Assembly (NCBI RefSeq): GCF_018977255.1
Contig: NW_024704743.1
Span: 29,204,001-29,268,000, forward strand
Direction of reading: 5' to 3'
From: Callorhinchus milii
Taxonomy: Eukaryota
DNA length: 64,000 nt
How positions within the stretch are numbered: the first letter of the stretch is position 1; the number at the start of each line of letters is the position of its first letter. Shown piece after piece: positions 49,401-62,660 of the stretch. Under the pieces are notes generated by a model. The model was given only the letters and a program-made list of their open reading frames with translations. It searched no databases and was not told the origin of the DNA. A program made the position numbers and the translations under genes.

Positions 49401-52400
49401 TATAGTACTGATAGGCCAGCAGATTTAATAATGTTTAGGAATCCGTTTTGCCTGACTTTCACTGAAAGCTTGACTCACAGTTTCCTGAAATCTCATGATG
49501 TTTGTGACTCTCATGAGATTTGGTTTTCTGTGCCCTTTTCAGCTGCACACGAAGATCCCATCTTGTGTGGTCTGTAGCATTTTCTCTCATCTCATCTGCA
49601 GTAACAGGCCAAAGCTGATATACTGGGATTTGCAGAGGAAGAAGTCAGCAAAGTGGTCAGACAGATGCCGGAGCTGGCAGAGGGGAAAGTGCAGCCTTGT
49701 GGCATCTATGACAATCCTTGGTTATGACAAAGAGTGAATATAACTGAACAGGTCCAGAACACCAGTAAATAAAGCGTAGAACCTGAATGAAATATTTTTG
49801 AAAGAACTTGTTAAAGGGACAAAAAGAATGCAAATGCAAAAACAATTGTTGAGAATCTTTAACATTGGGCTCTAATGATGTGATGATTTCTAATAGGATT
49901 CTTTAACAAGGAATCTAGAAGTACGGAAGCACTGACTCACAGAATCTCCACCTCATCAAGATCTATTTTTGAAACAGTTTCTGCATGCTGGAGTACAAAG
50001 AAGGTGGTCAACATTTTGCACAAACCTTGGTTATGCATCTAACATATAATTCCCCACTTTATAAATGCTGCAAACCTTAGGTATTTACAACTCGCAGTAT
50101 GGATCAGTACCTTCTGTGGCAAAGTAAGAGCAAACTATCTTGAAAATACATTGAAGTAACATAATCAGGGGTGGTCACTACACCAGTGATTCAATATGTA
50201 CAGAATTGCAACAGTATTGAAAGGCCTGCTGAGTGCCCATGATGTTAATAAGTGAACATGGGTTTTAAAGAAGGTACCGTTTTCAATGAGAATTCAGCAG
50301 TGAATTCAGCAGTGATTTCTCCTGCATAGTTTGCCAGCGAGAGTGTAAAGTCGTTTAACATCAGGCACCTCTTGAGAAATTGCTTCTGGTCTGTTATTTT
50401 TAAAGAATCTGAAAAAATTGTCAGGCGTAGAGCTATCTTGATTAAAAACTTCTGATGGAATAAATCAGGAAAAAAAGCAGTTAATCCTGAAAATATTGAA
50501 TTTTCAAACACGTGGACGTCTGGTGATGCTATATAATTTTCCCGAGAGTGTTTGATTTCCAAAACTGTTTACATTACATATCGGGAACAAAATACATGTC
50601 TGGTGGTTTTGTATTTCCTAACGTTTTGGATATTAAAGTTATATTGCATTCATTATTTGCATGGATTTCAGCATTTTTTGGTAACTTGCAGATCACAAAT
50701 CTTGCTGCCACATTGTGTATGCAATATTAGGAAACATGAGTAACTGCTAATTCTTCATGGAGAAGTTTAGTTTGACCTTTTTCCCCCCCAACTAACTTTT
50801 TCACATTAGCTTCAATGAAAGCAAACTGAGCAGATTCCTCTGAATAGTAGGTGGCGCAATTAGAAAGATTGTAAAACAAGATAATTTAAACTCTCCTACT
50901 CAAATATATTCTAAAACCTTAAATTCAAATGCTTTCATCCGACTTTAAGTAAGTTCAGTCAAGTTCTCATATCTGTGCTGCCCCTCTCGCTACTTACTCT
51001 CAAAATGGAAATTCTTGCTATTGATGTCAAGTCTACCAGAAACTGCATAACTGCAGTAAGAGCACTCATTCTGCCTCTTCTGCAGTCTAGAATTTGACCT
51101 CATCAGGCCCTTGACCTTCCAATTTCTAGGTATTTCCTTTAGTAGTTCCCATCATACAAGACTTCAGGCAGAAATTGGGAGGGGGGTGAACTGCAGTTCT
51201 CAGTTTATTTATCATTACTGAATGGTTTACTGGTTTTAACAGGGGGGACGCTTTGTTTAAACTTCTGCAGAGGATAATTAATGGTTATTGACTGGTAAAT
51301 GAAGAACAGGTGACAGGCCGAATCAGAAGAAAAACGATCTTGTGTTGTAGCGTGATAATGGCTTAGTAATTGCTGCAAAGCTGAGGCCTATTGCGTCCCA
51401 TCATAATGCCAGATCATGCCCAGAACACAAAGGCCTCTGTGTGAAAGGTATTCAACCTTCCACATCCTTACACATCTGCTCAGTTGATTTGGTCCATTTA
51501 TTCTCTGATGGGCTGCACAACTAAGGCAAAAGTTCACTTATTCCCACCTTCCTGCTCATATGCAGTCAGTGTCACATGACACTTGGCACCCCCAGTTCAA
51601 GTGCACCTTTGTCTTTCCAGCGAAGCCTGTGTTCTTATCAGTGATAGACTCAGGCCCTTAATTTACGTAATTTTATGCCTTGGTGCCAACAGCCATTAAC
51701 TTGGCTTTAAATTCTTCATGTTTTTAAATGGCTTTGTCTGGGATTTTAAGAAACAGATGATGATCAATGCAGGATGGAGCACGGCATTAACTTTGGATAC
51801 CTTTTTAAGGCAGGGTAAGTAAAAGTAACTTTCAGTAAGCATTAATGGCATGCTGTTTTGCAGTTTGTTCCTGCTTCGTCTCGAAAAGAAACAGCAAGCA
51901 AATGGTACACCCATGTTACAATCCAGCCAGACTTAAAAGATAATTATAAAGAAAATAGGTCAATTTAAACCGGTCAGTTTTACTATCTCTTGCTCAGAGA
52001 GTACAGTAATTTCGATTATTTTTCAAGGGGGAGAACTGTTGCCAGGGTTTGGATTGGGCAGATTTCAATCCCATGTTTTTGCAGGAAGCAGCAGCACATT
52101 TGTTGAGAGAATATAAGAAACAAAGCTCTGTCCAAATTCTAATCGTGATTTTTGCACACACCTCTCGAGTTACCCATAAACACTGCAGATCCCTGTCCTA
52201 CACTTTATGTTATACCAGAAATCATACAATGTCTAGAGCACCAAATGAGGCTGTTTGCCTCTCCCTCCCCACCAAGTCTGTCCTAGTGAGAAATCAAAGA
52301 CAACAACTTGCATTCATATAGCACCCCTCATGGGGTAGTATCTCGGAGCGCTTAAGGCTGCCCATGGAGCTATCTGCTTCCATTCGCTTGCTCTTTCCCT

Positions 52401-52513
52401 TTACATTTCAATATTACTTTATTGAAAGGTTTTCCCATTTCCTTTTCAACGTAGTTATGGACTTGGCTTTGATTGGTATTTGTAGTGAAGAATGTCATAT
52501 TTGAAAGACCCAG

Positions 52514-53161
52514 TGTATTATTGAATGGTAAAGGGTGCTCGAATGGTAAAGTTAATTTCATGACATCGTTCACTCTTACATTGCAATACAATTTTCAGAT
52601 ATACATTCTTTTCATATTTGGCAGACTTCTGAAAGAACTTGACAACCTCAGCTGGACACCGGAGCTGGGGCTGGGAATTGCAGGAGGGGAAATATGACTA
52701 TCAAAGAGATATGTTTTGAGATGGACCTTGAAACAGGAGAGGGAGGGAGAGAGCAAGTCTGAGGGACTCCGGGATAGAGTTCCATAGAGCGAGGGCAGAA
52801 TGGCTGAAAGCCCATCTGCTGATGGTGGTGTGGATAGGGGGTGGGACCATAGCATGATGGTACGTCTTAACAGATGACTTCAAATGTCTCTGAAGTATTT
52901 TTAGTTATTCAGTGAAAGTATTTTATACTCACTTATAATGTGCTCAAAAACTAGGTTAAGGGGATACAAACTTCAGCTCAGAAGAGGAAAGATGAACAGA
53001 TTTTACAAAGAGAGAATTTCATAAGTGAAAGACGAATTGTATTATTAAATGGTATAGGGTGCTCGAATGGTAAAGTTCATTTCATGAAATGGGTCACTCT
53101 TTTGATGCAATACAATTTACAACACTTTTCATGTCGAACAGACTTCTTGAAGAACTTGACA
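52514..53161 (+). repeat. Local diverged direct repeat (about 125-130 bp; 52514-52644 and 53038-53161)
   Basis: Both copies read tgtattatt.aatggta.agggtgctcgaatggtaaagtt.atttcatga...aagaacttgaca. Confidence 0.85.
52585..52850 (-). mobile_element. L2 LINE 3' fragment
   Basis: The reverse strand reads TISRWAFSHSALALWNSIPESLRL and FKVHLKTYLFD. Confidence 0.8.
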
Positions 53162-53333
53162 TAGGTGAAACAGAGTGCAGAGCACAGTGTTGGAAGCAGA
53201 TTGTGACTAAATTCAAGAGGGAGTCAGACAGCTAGTTGATCAGTGAACCAATCGAGGGGTATGAAAGTGAGAAAGGTAGGATTTTCAAAAACAAACTATA
53301 TGTTTTTTTTCTTTGGGACCAGTTCGATGGACT

Positions 53334-53394
53334 AAGCGCTCTGAGACGCCTTCCAGCGTGGAGGGCGCTATAAAAATTCAAGTTGTTGTTGTTG
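53334..53394 (+). mobile_element. Solitary L2-type 3' stem-loop plus (TTG)n module inside a CR1 tail
   Basis: It is near-identical to 18101-18164 and starts at the same base. Confidence 0.75.
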
Positions 53395-55689
53395 AACACA
53401 GTGGTCATTTCTAGTCCTGTAAATTCCTACAATATGTGAGTTATGTAGAACCCAAAGTCACCTGACCAGAAGAATAAGATGCTGACGAGAAGCAAACACC
53501 GATGGAGAATAAACACAAAAATGTCAGCGGAGCTATGAGACGCTACCTTTGTGAAGGGCACTATATAATTTCACGTTGTACAGTGGTTACCACAATTTTC
53601 TTTTGCTAACAATTCTGGTTCAGGGAGTTTGGGAGGGTTGGGAGAGAAGGTTTACCCAGAAAATAGAGTCCACAATAACATCACTTAACCACGATTGGTG
53701 GCAGGTAAGGAAAAGATAATCCACTATATATTTAAAAATGTGCATCTTTCATGCCAGGAAGAAATCTCAAAGTGCTTCACAGGATATACTGCAAAGTGGC
53801 AGCCAATTTGGGCACAACAATGTCCCACAAACAGATGCAAAGTGAATGATGAATTTTATTTATCTAATTGAGCAGAGTTGATGTCTATTATGTAAGTTCT
53901 GTAAACCTTGTGTAAAGGTGTATTATGCAAGGTATGCAGAGCCCAAAATAATCCGAAGAGCAAAATGTTGCTGAGAAACAAACAGTGATTCATCATTTAA
54001 TCACCACTGAATAATAATATCTGTAATGTTAATGTACTTTGCACTTTAGGACACCTTCCCGAAATTAAAGGCACTGTTATAGTACAGTTTACATTTAAAG
54101 TTGTATAGTACTTGGGAGAAAAACTCATCATCACTTCTCCTTGAACATTAATTCTAATACTAGGGGTATTGCTGCACAATGTGTTGTAAGTGAATCATTT
54201 TCCTTTGAACTGGCTGGTCTGAGGAATATTGGAAAAATATTAATTTAATGAGTGAGCACTTGAAAATGTTGTCCTCTATTTAAGATGTAGCATGTGCGTG
54301 TCAATGTTTCTCCTGGAATACTCCAGTTGAAAGAAATATCTATGCTTAATGTGACTAAATTCTATTAGGCTTTGAAATACCCTTTGAAAACTGAAAAAAA
54401 AAGAATAGCTATTAATTTATTTGAATCATAAATCATTTTAAACATAACTTGAATTTGAACAAAGTAACTTGTAAAACACTTTCAGACATTTCTTTTACAG
54501 GAAATACACTATCTAAAATGCAAGTTATTGTATGCCCCTACTTTGAGAAGGCACAATAACTAACTCGGACTCAAAGTTCAGTATCTGAAGAAGCTGAGCA
54601 GCACATTGGCTGAAACCGAGTCTGTTACACTATATGAATGTTACTGTCTACGACATGGAATGCAGCTGTAAAATGAGTCCAACTCAATCAACCTCAGAGA
54701 CCTTTCAAAGAATTTCCACAAGAAGTCAAACAAAGAAGGCCATCTAAACAGAAGTGTTGCATGCATTCTATTAAATCTCTTCAGATTTTGCTAGGAGGTG
54801 TTCTCATAATTTTAACAGAGAGAAATGTAAAGCAGCCAATTCAGCCTCATTCCAATGGGCTTTTTTTAAAAAGCTGGCCTCTGTTCACAGAAAAAGTTGG
54901 GCAATTTAATTCGAAACAATTATTGAGTCAACCAACTAATTTCGTAACAGAATATGTAATTGTTGTTAGTGAACTACACAATCCTCTGATTTTAATGAAC
55001 TTTTTCACATTCGTTTCGAAGTTGCTGAAGTTTTTGGAAAGTGGAGAATATGAATTAAAAAAAAAGGCTTCAACATGAATCGCTATTTTCACAAATAAAA
55101 AGGAAATATGATACCTGAGGAAATATATACTCGCAAAAGTCACTCAGATGCAAGTGTCAGACATACAGATGAAAATCTCTTGGGTTGAAATAACACTATA
55201 CACCCATTTTTTTGGCATTTGCTTTTTTTTCACACATCGGGCCTGACTGTTACGTGCTATGTTTTCATGCCGCCACTAAGGATTCCGTCTGTCTGTTCAA
55301 TTAGACTGAAAGTAAGATTTTATTTATTTTCTGGTGGCCCATTAGATTCTGCGTCAAAAACCTCTGAGCATGAAATTTAAATGGGTCACAAAAAATTCTG
55401 GTTGTGCAGTATTCAGCAGGATACAAAGAAGCCTCAGAACCTAAATTTCTTCAGATCTTCATGCTGTGAGTTCCTAATTATAGCTGCGTCATTAAGTGAA
55501 TCGATGCAAAAAAAAGTGCAAGTTGCCAAGGTGGAACCTAAACAACAACTTGCATTTATGTAGCACCCTTCACACAGGATAGCATCTCAGCAACCTTAGT
55601 CTTGAATTGTCAGAGAATAACAGCGATGACGAATAAAAAAAAAATAGCATCCACTTGGCATCTTCTGGCGGAAGGCAAGCTATGTGGTC

Positions 55690-55965
55690 TTAGCTGGTTA
55701 AGCTCCAGCAGTACCAAGGCACACTTTGGCTCCAAAGATTTTGCTCTTGCCAACTTGCACCTAATATTCTACACCTAATTATATTTGGAGTTAGGTAAGC
55801 AGGAATGTATCCCCCAAGGAAGGGAATGTACATTCCATTTCAGTCACAGGGGCATTTCCATGTGTAGGTAACTTGCATATGTAGAACTCTCAGTCTAGTT
55901 TGGATACTCTTAAGCATGGTGATAGGTTTCTGACTCATACGGATGAGTCAGACACCTGGTTAACC
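55690..55965 (-). repeat. Unassigned ancient interspersed repeat, copy 3
   Basis: The reverse complement aligns to 27016-27250 (ccaggtgtctgac..gaatattaggtgcaagtt..ggtact.ct.gag.tt.accagctaa). Confidence 0.7.
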
Positions 55966-58514
55966 CATAAAAGTGAATGTGTGAAATGGCTTAGGTACTC
56001 GCCTGCAGTGCTACCAGGTTATCCAAGGGAATCTAAAGAGGATAAATAATCTTAAAAAAGAAACTCTAAAAAATGTGTTGAGTGATGCAGTAAGTCCAAA
56101 AGAGCTGTACCTAAATGCACGATAGAGTTGAAAGATAACAGCTTGAGGAGCTGTCATCCCCATTCTATTGTGGGAAAATCCTTCTTTGTGCGAATGGCCA
56201 AATTATTTAACAACTGAAAGCTTAGATCGAATAGATAGTTTAGCATAAAGTATGTGGGGAAGAGGATAGACGTTTTGAATTGGTTAACATATTGCAACCT
56301 GCCCAAATTGTACGTATTAACCGCACATGTGAAGAGCAGGTACCCATATACTGTAGTTACAGGTCAGGAAAACTAGCTCCATATGCTCTGTTAAGTGAGA
56401 GCTGATCTGTTCTGCTTCGGGGTTTTGTTTTCAAACGTAAAAAATGGATTTTTCCCCTTGAAATTCAGTTTTTATAGTTTCGAGAGTAGGTAACTGGTAT
56501 TTTTTTAAATTCTTTCTTTTCCTCTCATAATTTTAGCTTTGCTGCTCAGACCTCTTGATGCTGTAACTGTGGCCATACACACAATGAATTTACAACACCG
56601 CACCATAATTTGCGACAGAAACGTCTCCTATGTCCCATAACTCCTGACAAGGGCTTAGCCTTTACAACATATAAACTTGGCTGAATCACTGTGAATCTTG
56701 CAGACCTCCCACAATTTCACCCCCTTTCCCTGATGTTACCTTCTCTGTTGACCAAGGAGGCCCAGCCTTGATTGGTGGCTATGTCAAAGACGTGCTGAAA
56801 AGGTGACTAAGGTCTCGAGCAGCTGGTCTGGAGCCAGTTTATGTCTAGATTCTCTTGGGGCTGTGGCTTTGCAATTTCTCAGGAATGTTTAATTCACTGC
56901 ATCTCTACATGGTTTCCCTCAAGGGGGAGCCAGGACCTATCTGACATCCCTAGAGGGCACTGGATAACTAAATTAGCATGAGATAAGTTTAGATTCTCAT
57001 CCAAACATGAAAATACAAGAGAGAATTTCATTAAAACCAGAGAGGTGGGTGATCCCAGTTAATCCCATTGGTAAGCTGTTGCAGGAAGGGCTGTTCTGCA
57101 AAAATCCTCCAAGCTATGTTGTCCAGTTCAATAAATGTGGCAAAGCAGAAAAATATGTAAAACGTGCAATTTGACCTCAAGTCAACCGTAGACAATAATT
57201 TACAATTCTCAGGAGGAGTTTCTTTAGTATATGGTGTTGGGTGTGAACAACTGAGAAGGTTTAGTTACCTTTTTTTGTTTCTATTGTTTCCAATGCGCTT
57301 CTATTAAAAAGCAAGCAGTGAAAAATGCAATGTCTCACAACATATTCATGTATTTGAATCTGTTATAAGGCCACATTTTCAATGCCTCAATGTTTTACTC
57401 TGGTCCATTTAAATTCAGTAATAAATGATAAGAGAGAGAGAAAGGGTGTGTGGTGTGTGTGTGTGTTTGTGTGTGAGAAGGGGGGAAGGGAAGAGAGTTC
57501 AGGCTCACAGATCCTGTCTACCCATACTATTCCTTTGAATTCACTACAAGGCATGAGAGTATGCAAGCCTTGCTTCCAGTTCTCTGAGGAAAGGTCCTGT
57601 TTCCTCCACTCGTGGCATCCTGAGACAGTCTGGGTGACATTGCAAAATCATTACATTAGGACAGAAAATAAGTCCTGATCTCTGCTACACTACTTTATGA
57701 AATGATCCATCATTGGAGCACTAACAGCTAGAAGAACTGTAATGGTGTTTTGTGGACTTGTACATTCCTATATCCCTAGATTAGTTTGTTTAAAAAGCTT
57801 CATGTTGGAGTGGTTTCATTACAGCACAAAACTATAGTCGACCAGCTGCTTCAGGAAGACATAATGTCAATAAAATAGCTGTACCAGTCCTTGCTGTGCT
57901 CAGTTCATTGTAATGTCTTTCCTTTCCACTCCCCCACCCCCCACATACTCTATGGCCAGACATAAATCACAGAAATTACCACAGAAAATATAAACTGCGC
58001 AACAATTGTACTTTTGGTATCCTTACAATAAATCAGTCCCACGAGTAAGAAAATAATAATAATCCTTGCAGTTGATATAGCACTGTGTCATCTCATCAAG
58101 ACGTCTCAAAGCACTTCACAGAATAGACTGTAAAGTGGTTTGACTGTGTATTTTGTGGGCAAAGCAAGTCTAATCTGAAAAAATATTTCTTCAAAAACAA
58201 ATACAAAACTGAAATGAAAGCATGAAACTGAATTCATATCAAATATGATCTATGGGCCATGAAATAGTCCTAAGAGTTTTAAAAGTCAACTGCATCCTTG
58301 ACTTGTATAGAGAGTCTGTTTCCTTATTAACACACTACGCACTTCCCCAGGAACTGTCACTTCTGTTACTGATTGGGGAGTAGCGACGGCCACAACACTC
58401 GGACACTCGGATGAGCTGAAGCTGGGCAAATGTTTAAGTGCAACATGAGGTTCAGCAACACATTAGCAACTCATCCACCTGATACATACATTAATATAGC
58501 TAAGTTATATAAAT

Positions 58515-58752
58515 TTCCATACTCCACACGCCTCTGTAAGTAGGAACCCAGTTGTTAGTTGATTGGGGGATCGCTTTCCCCTTAAAAAAAGAATAATTTG
58601 GTCACTCAATCCACGACTGTGGAACGCTACTGTGTGCAATTGGCTGCCGCATTTCGCCCACAAAGTACTGATTCAATTCACATTACAGTGAAGCACTTTT
58701 AGACGTCTTGAAGATGTGATAAGATGTTATATCAAATGCGAGAATTATTATA
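58515..58752 (+). mobile_element. tRNA-derived SINE, long variant, headless
   Basis: actccacacgcctctgtaagtaggaaccc..ggatcgc..ttggtcactcaatccacgactg..tatatcaaatgcgagaattatta. Confidence 0.75.
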
Positions 58753-59179
58753 TTGTAAATTATAATTTGCTCACAAACCCATTTAATCTCAGTGAGATGA
58801 TGTTACTGAATTTGTTGTCTCTTGTGTAAGTGTACGATGTCTCTTGTCACCTGAAATATATTTATATGCATTGAGAAGCCCGGGCTCAATTTCATTATTG
58901 TTTATAACACAAAGGTAAAGCCAGTTCTACTTGCTGCGATGTGAAAACAAATGTCATCCTTTGGGATAGTGTAAAGTGGAGGTCTGTTTTGTCAATTGAC
59001 TACTCGTATTTTGATTAGAAAGTGCTTGCAACATGCTGGAATGAAGTCAGTATTTTGGCAATCTAAGGACCTCATGCAACTTGGGAAAGGTGAAAGGTAA
59101 GAGGTATCTTTACCTATCCATCCTCAGCTGCATGATAAAATACGGAAAATAGTTCTGAGATTGTTGGCAACCACAACAA

Positions 59180-59647
59180 TACAAAATTACATTTGTAAAG
59201 TGCCTTTCAAGTCGGGAGGACGTCCCAAGGCCCTGAACAGAGGTTCATTAGGACCTGAGCTGGGATGGAGGGGGTGGGGGCAGGGAGGGTGGAGGGCAGA
59301 GAGAGTAGGAAGGTGGCTGAAGGCATAGTCGAAGAGGAGGGTCTTGAGGCGTGCCTTGAAGGAGGCAAGGTAGGGAGCGAGGCGAAGGGAATGTGGGATG
59401 GAGTTCCAGAGGGTGGGGGCAGGTCGGAGAGGTAGGAGGGGGCAAGGCCAAGGAGGGCCTTGTAGGTGAGGATGAGGATTTTGAACTTGATCCTCTGAGG
59501 GATGGGGAGCCAGTGGAGCCAGGCAGGCGAGGGTGGGTGTGATGGGGTCACGGAGCCTGGTGCGGGAGAGTACATAAGCTGCCGAGTTCTGGATGATCTG
59601 CAGCTTGTGAAGGGAAGAGATGGGAAGGCTGACAAGCAGGGATTTGA
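59180..59647 (-). mobile_element. 5'-truncated L2 LINE with 12-bp flanking direct repeat
   Basis: The reverse strand reads LHKLQIIQNSAAYVL, LHWLPIPQRIKFKILILTYKAL and FKARLKTLLFD. caaccacaacaa occurs at 59168-59179 and 59648-59659. Confidence 0.92.
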
Positions 59648-59779
59648 CAACCACAACAAATTACGTTTGTACAGCATCTTTCACGTCGAGAGGACATCCA
59701 AGGCGTTGATTCATGAACTAAAGAGATCAGATTGCATAAAACATTTTTCACAGTGAAATGCTACTTTTATGAAGTGTGT

Positions 59780-60160
59780 GGGAGTGCCTAAAGTCACACA
59801 GTCTAAGATGACAATCCAATGCAGTCCTGGGGGTATGTTGCATTGTTGGAGGTGCCATCCTTCAGGTAAGACATTAAACGGAGGTCCCATCTGCCTGTTC
59901 AGGCAGACGTTAAAGATCGCTTAACACTACTTGAAATAAAAGGGAGTTTCTCCCAGTGTTCTAGCCAACAAATCCCCCAAATAAAATTTGTCACTCACTC
60001 TATGGCTGTTTGTGGGACACTGCCGTGTGCAAACCGGCTGCCGCATTTCACCCACAAAATACAGTTAATTCACTTTAAGGTATATCCTATCAAACACTTT
60101 GAGATTTTGTGATGATGTGATAAGGCGCTATACCAAATGCAAGGATTATTATTTATTATT
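59780..60160 (+). mobile_element. DeuSINE-like SINE
   Basis: cattgttggaggtgccatccttcaggtaagacattaaacggaggtcccatctgcctgttcagg matches the Deu domain. The shared SINE body and (TTA)n tail follow. Confidence 0.8.
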
Positions 60161-60859
60161 AATATTGTTTTGGACAAAATTGGGACAGTGGAGGAGCTAA
60201 CTCTGAAGTCATTTTATCTTGGCTGTGCACTTTGAATTCTGTGCTAAAACTGCCCTGAATCCTCCAAACGTTGTAAATGGACCTGAAAATTGCATTCCAA
60301 TTATTGACAGTAAGGCAAAGTGGAATCCCATGGCTCTGCAAAACCCATCATTCTGGGCTTCTGAGCTTCATTGTTACCCTTAAATCCTATGAATGGTCAA
60401 CTGTGACCGTCATTCAAATGAACGAGAGTTAAAATTTAAAGACTGCACCAAGGCTTCGCTGATCAGTAAATCTCTGCAAAATGTTCTGTGGTTCAGGGAA
60501 AAACTGCTGGACCTGAACAATAGAGTTAATAATTATCCCAGCATGCCGCTCCAGCTGACGTGAGCAGAGCATATCCAGAACGTGCAGGAGTCACGTTCCA
60601 TCGTATTTACTTCAAATAATTTATAAAGATACCGTTATGAAATCTCATAATTTGTTTATCTGCAGCTTTCTCGAACAATATTTGATTTACCAGTTTTCTT
60701 AAGAAGCTGAGAGCTTCTGGAAATTCTGCAGTTGGCTATATTTTTCGAAACGAGCTGGAAAATATCTTTATTCATTCCCATTCTCACTCAAGTGATTCAT
60801 TTTACAGTAGCACTGCCAGGATATTTCACATTTGCATCTGTACACAATGCCAGGTTCAT

Positions 60860-60970
60860 GCAGGGTATGGGAGAAAGAGCGGGGAATGGGATTAGAGTAG
60901 ATAGCTGCATTGGGGGAAGCTAGCACCAGCACACATAGGATTGGGTTAAATGGCCTCCTGTGATTCTATG
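60860..60970 (+). mobile_element. CR1 3' tail
   Basis: cagggtatgggagaaagagcggggaatgggattag..aaatggcctcctgtgattctatg. Confidence 0.75.
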
Positions 60971-62477
60971 CAGCTTAGATCAATGAAACTTGATAAGATC
61001 ACATCATCAGAATGGCATGACATTGGGATTTAAAATGGTCTTTGATCCTGTCAGTTCAGTCACCCTGGCTGCATCTGGGGTGAGAAGAAAAAGAGGCTTC
61101 AATAATTGATAATTGGCCCTCCCGATAGCTTAGTGAGGTTATCCAGAGAGTAGATAAGCAGAGCATCAGAGCTGAGTTAACTGATCTCAGCTGTGGTAGC
61201 AACAGGGAATGAGTCTCTCAGGTGGTACAGTATTTCGTCAGAGGCCATTTGGAAGACTAGGCACATTAGGTCAATTGAATCCAAATCAGTTGCTATTGTC
61301 ATAACCTGGAACCCTGTCACCCCTCCACCCGCTCTACCCTTCACCTAATCATTTCAGTCTGTTGAGCAGGAAAATGTTAATTTAAAGTATGCTTTATTCA
61401 CTACAGAGGTATTGGCATATTGAAGGAGAAAAGACACTACCCTGCTGGGGCAACATTTTCTGGCAACTCAATTTATAAACAATGCATACAACTTTACCTG
61501 GAAGCATAGGATTAACAACCTAATTGTATATGGAAATAGTTTACAATAGTGATGATGTATGGGCTAATGGACTCCAATGTTAAATGGGTCCTGTAGCTTT
61601 AATGCCTATATGTTTACTGTATGATACTGATACTGTCAAATGAGAACTCGTTGCATTAGTAATGCTGAACAGCTTGGGTCAAATGCTGTGTTTCTCCATC
61701 AGTCTGTACTGTACTTGTCAACAATCCAGAAACAACCCCCTTGGGTCTTGTTGAGCTGTGGCAATTATTAATGACAGGTAAGGAGCAGCAACGATGGGAT
61801 AGGTTTACACTGGCCTTCAACACTCCAGCAGTCAAAAGAGCAATTGCAAAAGTGACAATGTGGATAATTGGCTGCTTTAGATTATCAATGACTCATTAAG
61901 GTTAATCACTCTATTATCTGCTGAGCTCTATTGGAGATGGTAAAAGATCCAAAACAAACCATATCAACTACCCTGCAGAGGCTGATTCAATAACATCTGC
62001 AATCCTTTGGTTAACACGCCTGCTGATTGCAGTAATGGTGCTGCTGTGCCCCCAAAGCAGGAAACTAAACAAGACCTTTTACAGCTCGGAAAATGTACAG
62101 CAGAGTACCTCAAAAGCAAAAAGGCGATCAGCTGTATTTTGGCCTCAGTTTAGCTTGACTTACTGCCTCAATAATACTGAACCTCAGCTCTGTAACTAGA
62201 GCTTGCATTTTCCCTATTGGTACTCCTCCCTCTCTGCCAAGTTCAATTTTTCATTGTCTTTCTGTGCCCCCAGTAAACCATTAAGGTCAAATGTATGAGA
62301 CTGTCAATGTCATCTCAGCTGAAGCTGGTTATTTTACCAAATTGAAAAAGACGATTCGGTTCTACTTGCTGCTGTTACTTTTTGGGAGTTTGTGTAAGTC
62401 CATATGAGAACATTAAAAATGTATATTGTTAAAAATATACAAATGACGACAGGAATGCCCTGGGAGCTGAGAAGATA

Positions 62478-62660
62478 ACAATAATAAAAATCCTTGCATT
62501 TGATATAGTGCCTTTCACATCAGAAGGATATCTCAAAGCACTTCACAGGATGGACTGTAAAGTGGAGTGACTGTGTGTTTTATAGGCAACAATGCCGGAC
62601 AATTTCACCACATCAATTCCCCCAAAACAACCATAAAGTGAATTTTATTTGGGGCTTGTA
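62478..62660 (-). mobile_element. SINE 3' fragment
   Basis: aatccttgcatttgatatagtgcctttcac..cttcacagga..gactgtgt. Confidence 0.7.

Noticed and set aside
50845..50858. CTCF-like word agtaggtggcgc
   Set aside because: Only the 3' half of the motif matches, which is not supportable without a PWM scan or ChIP data.
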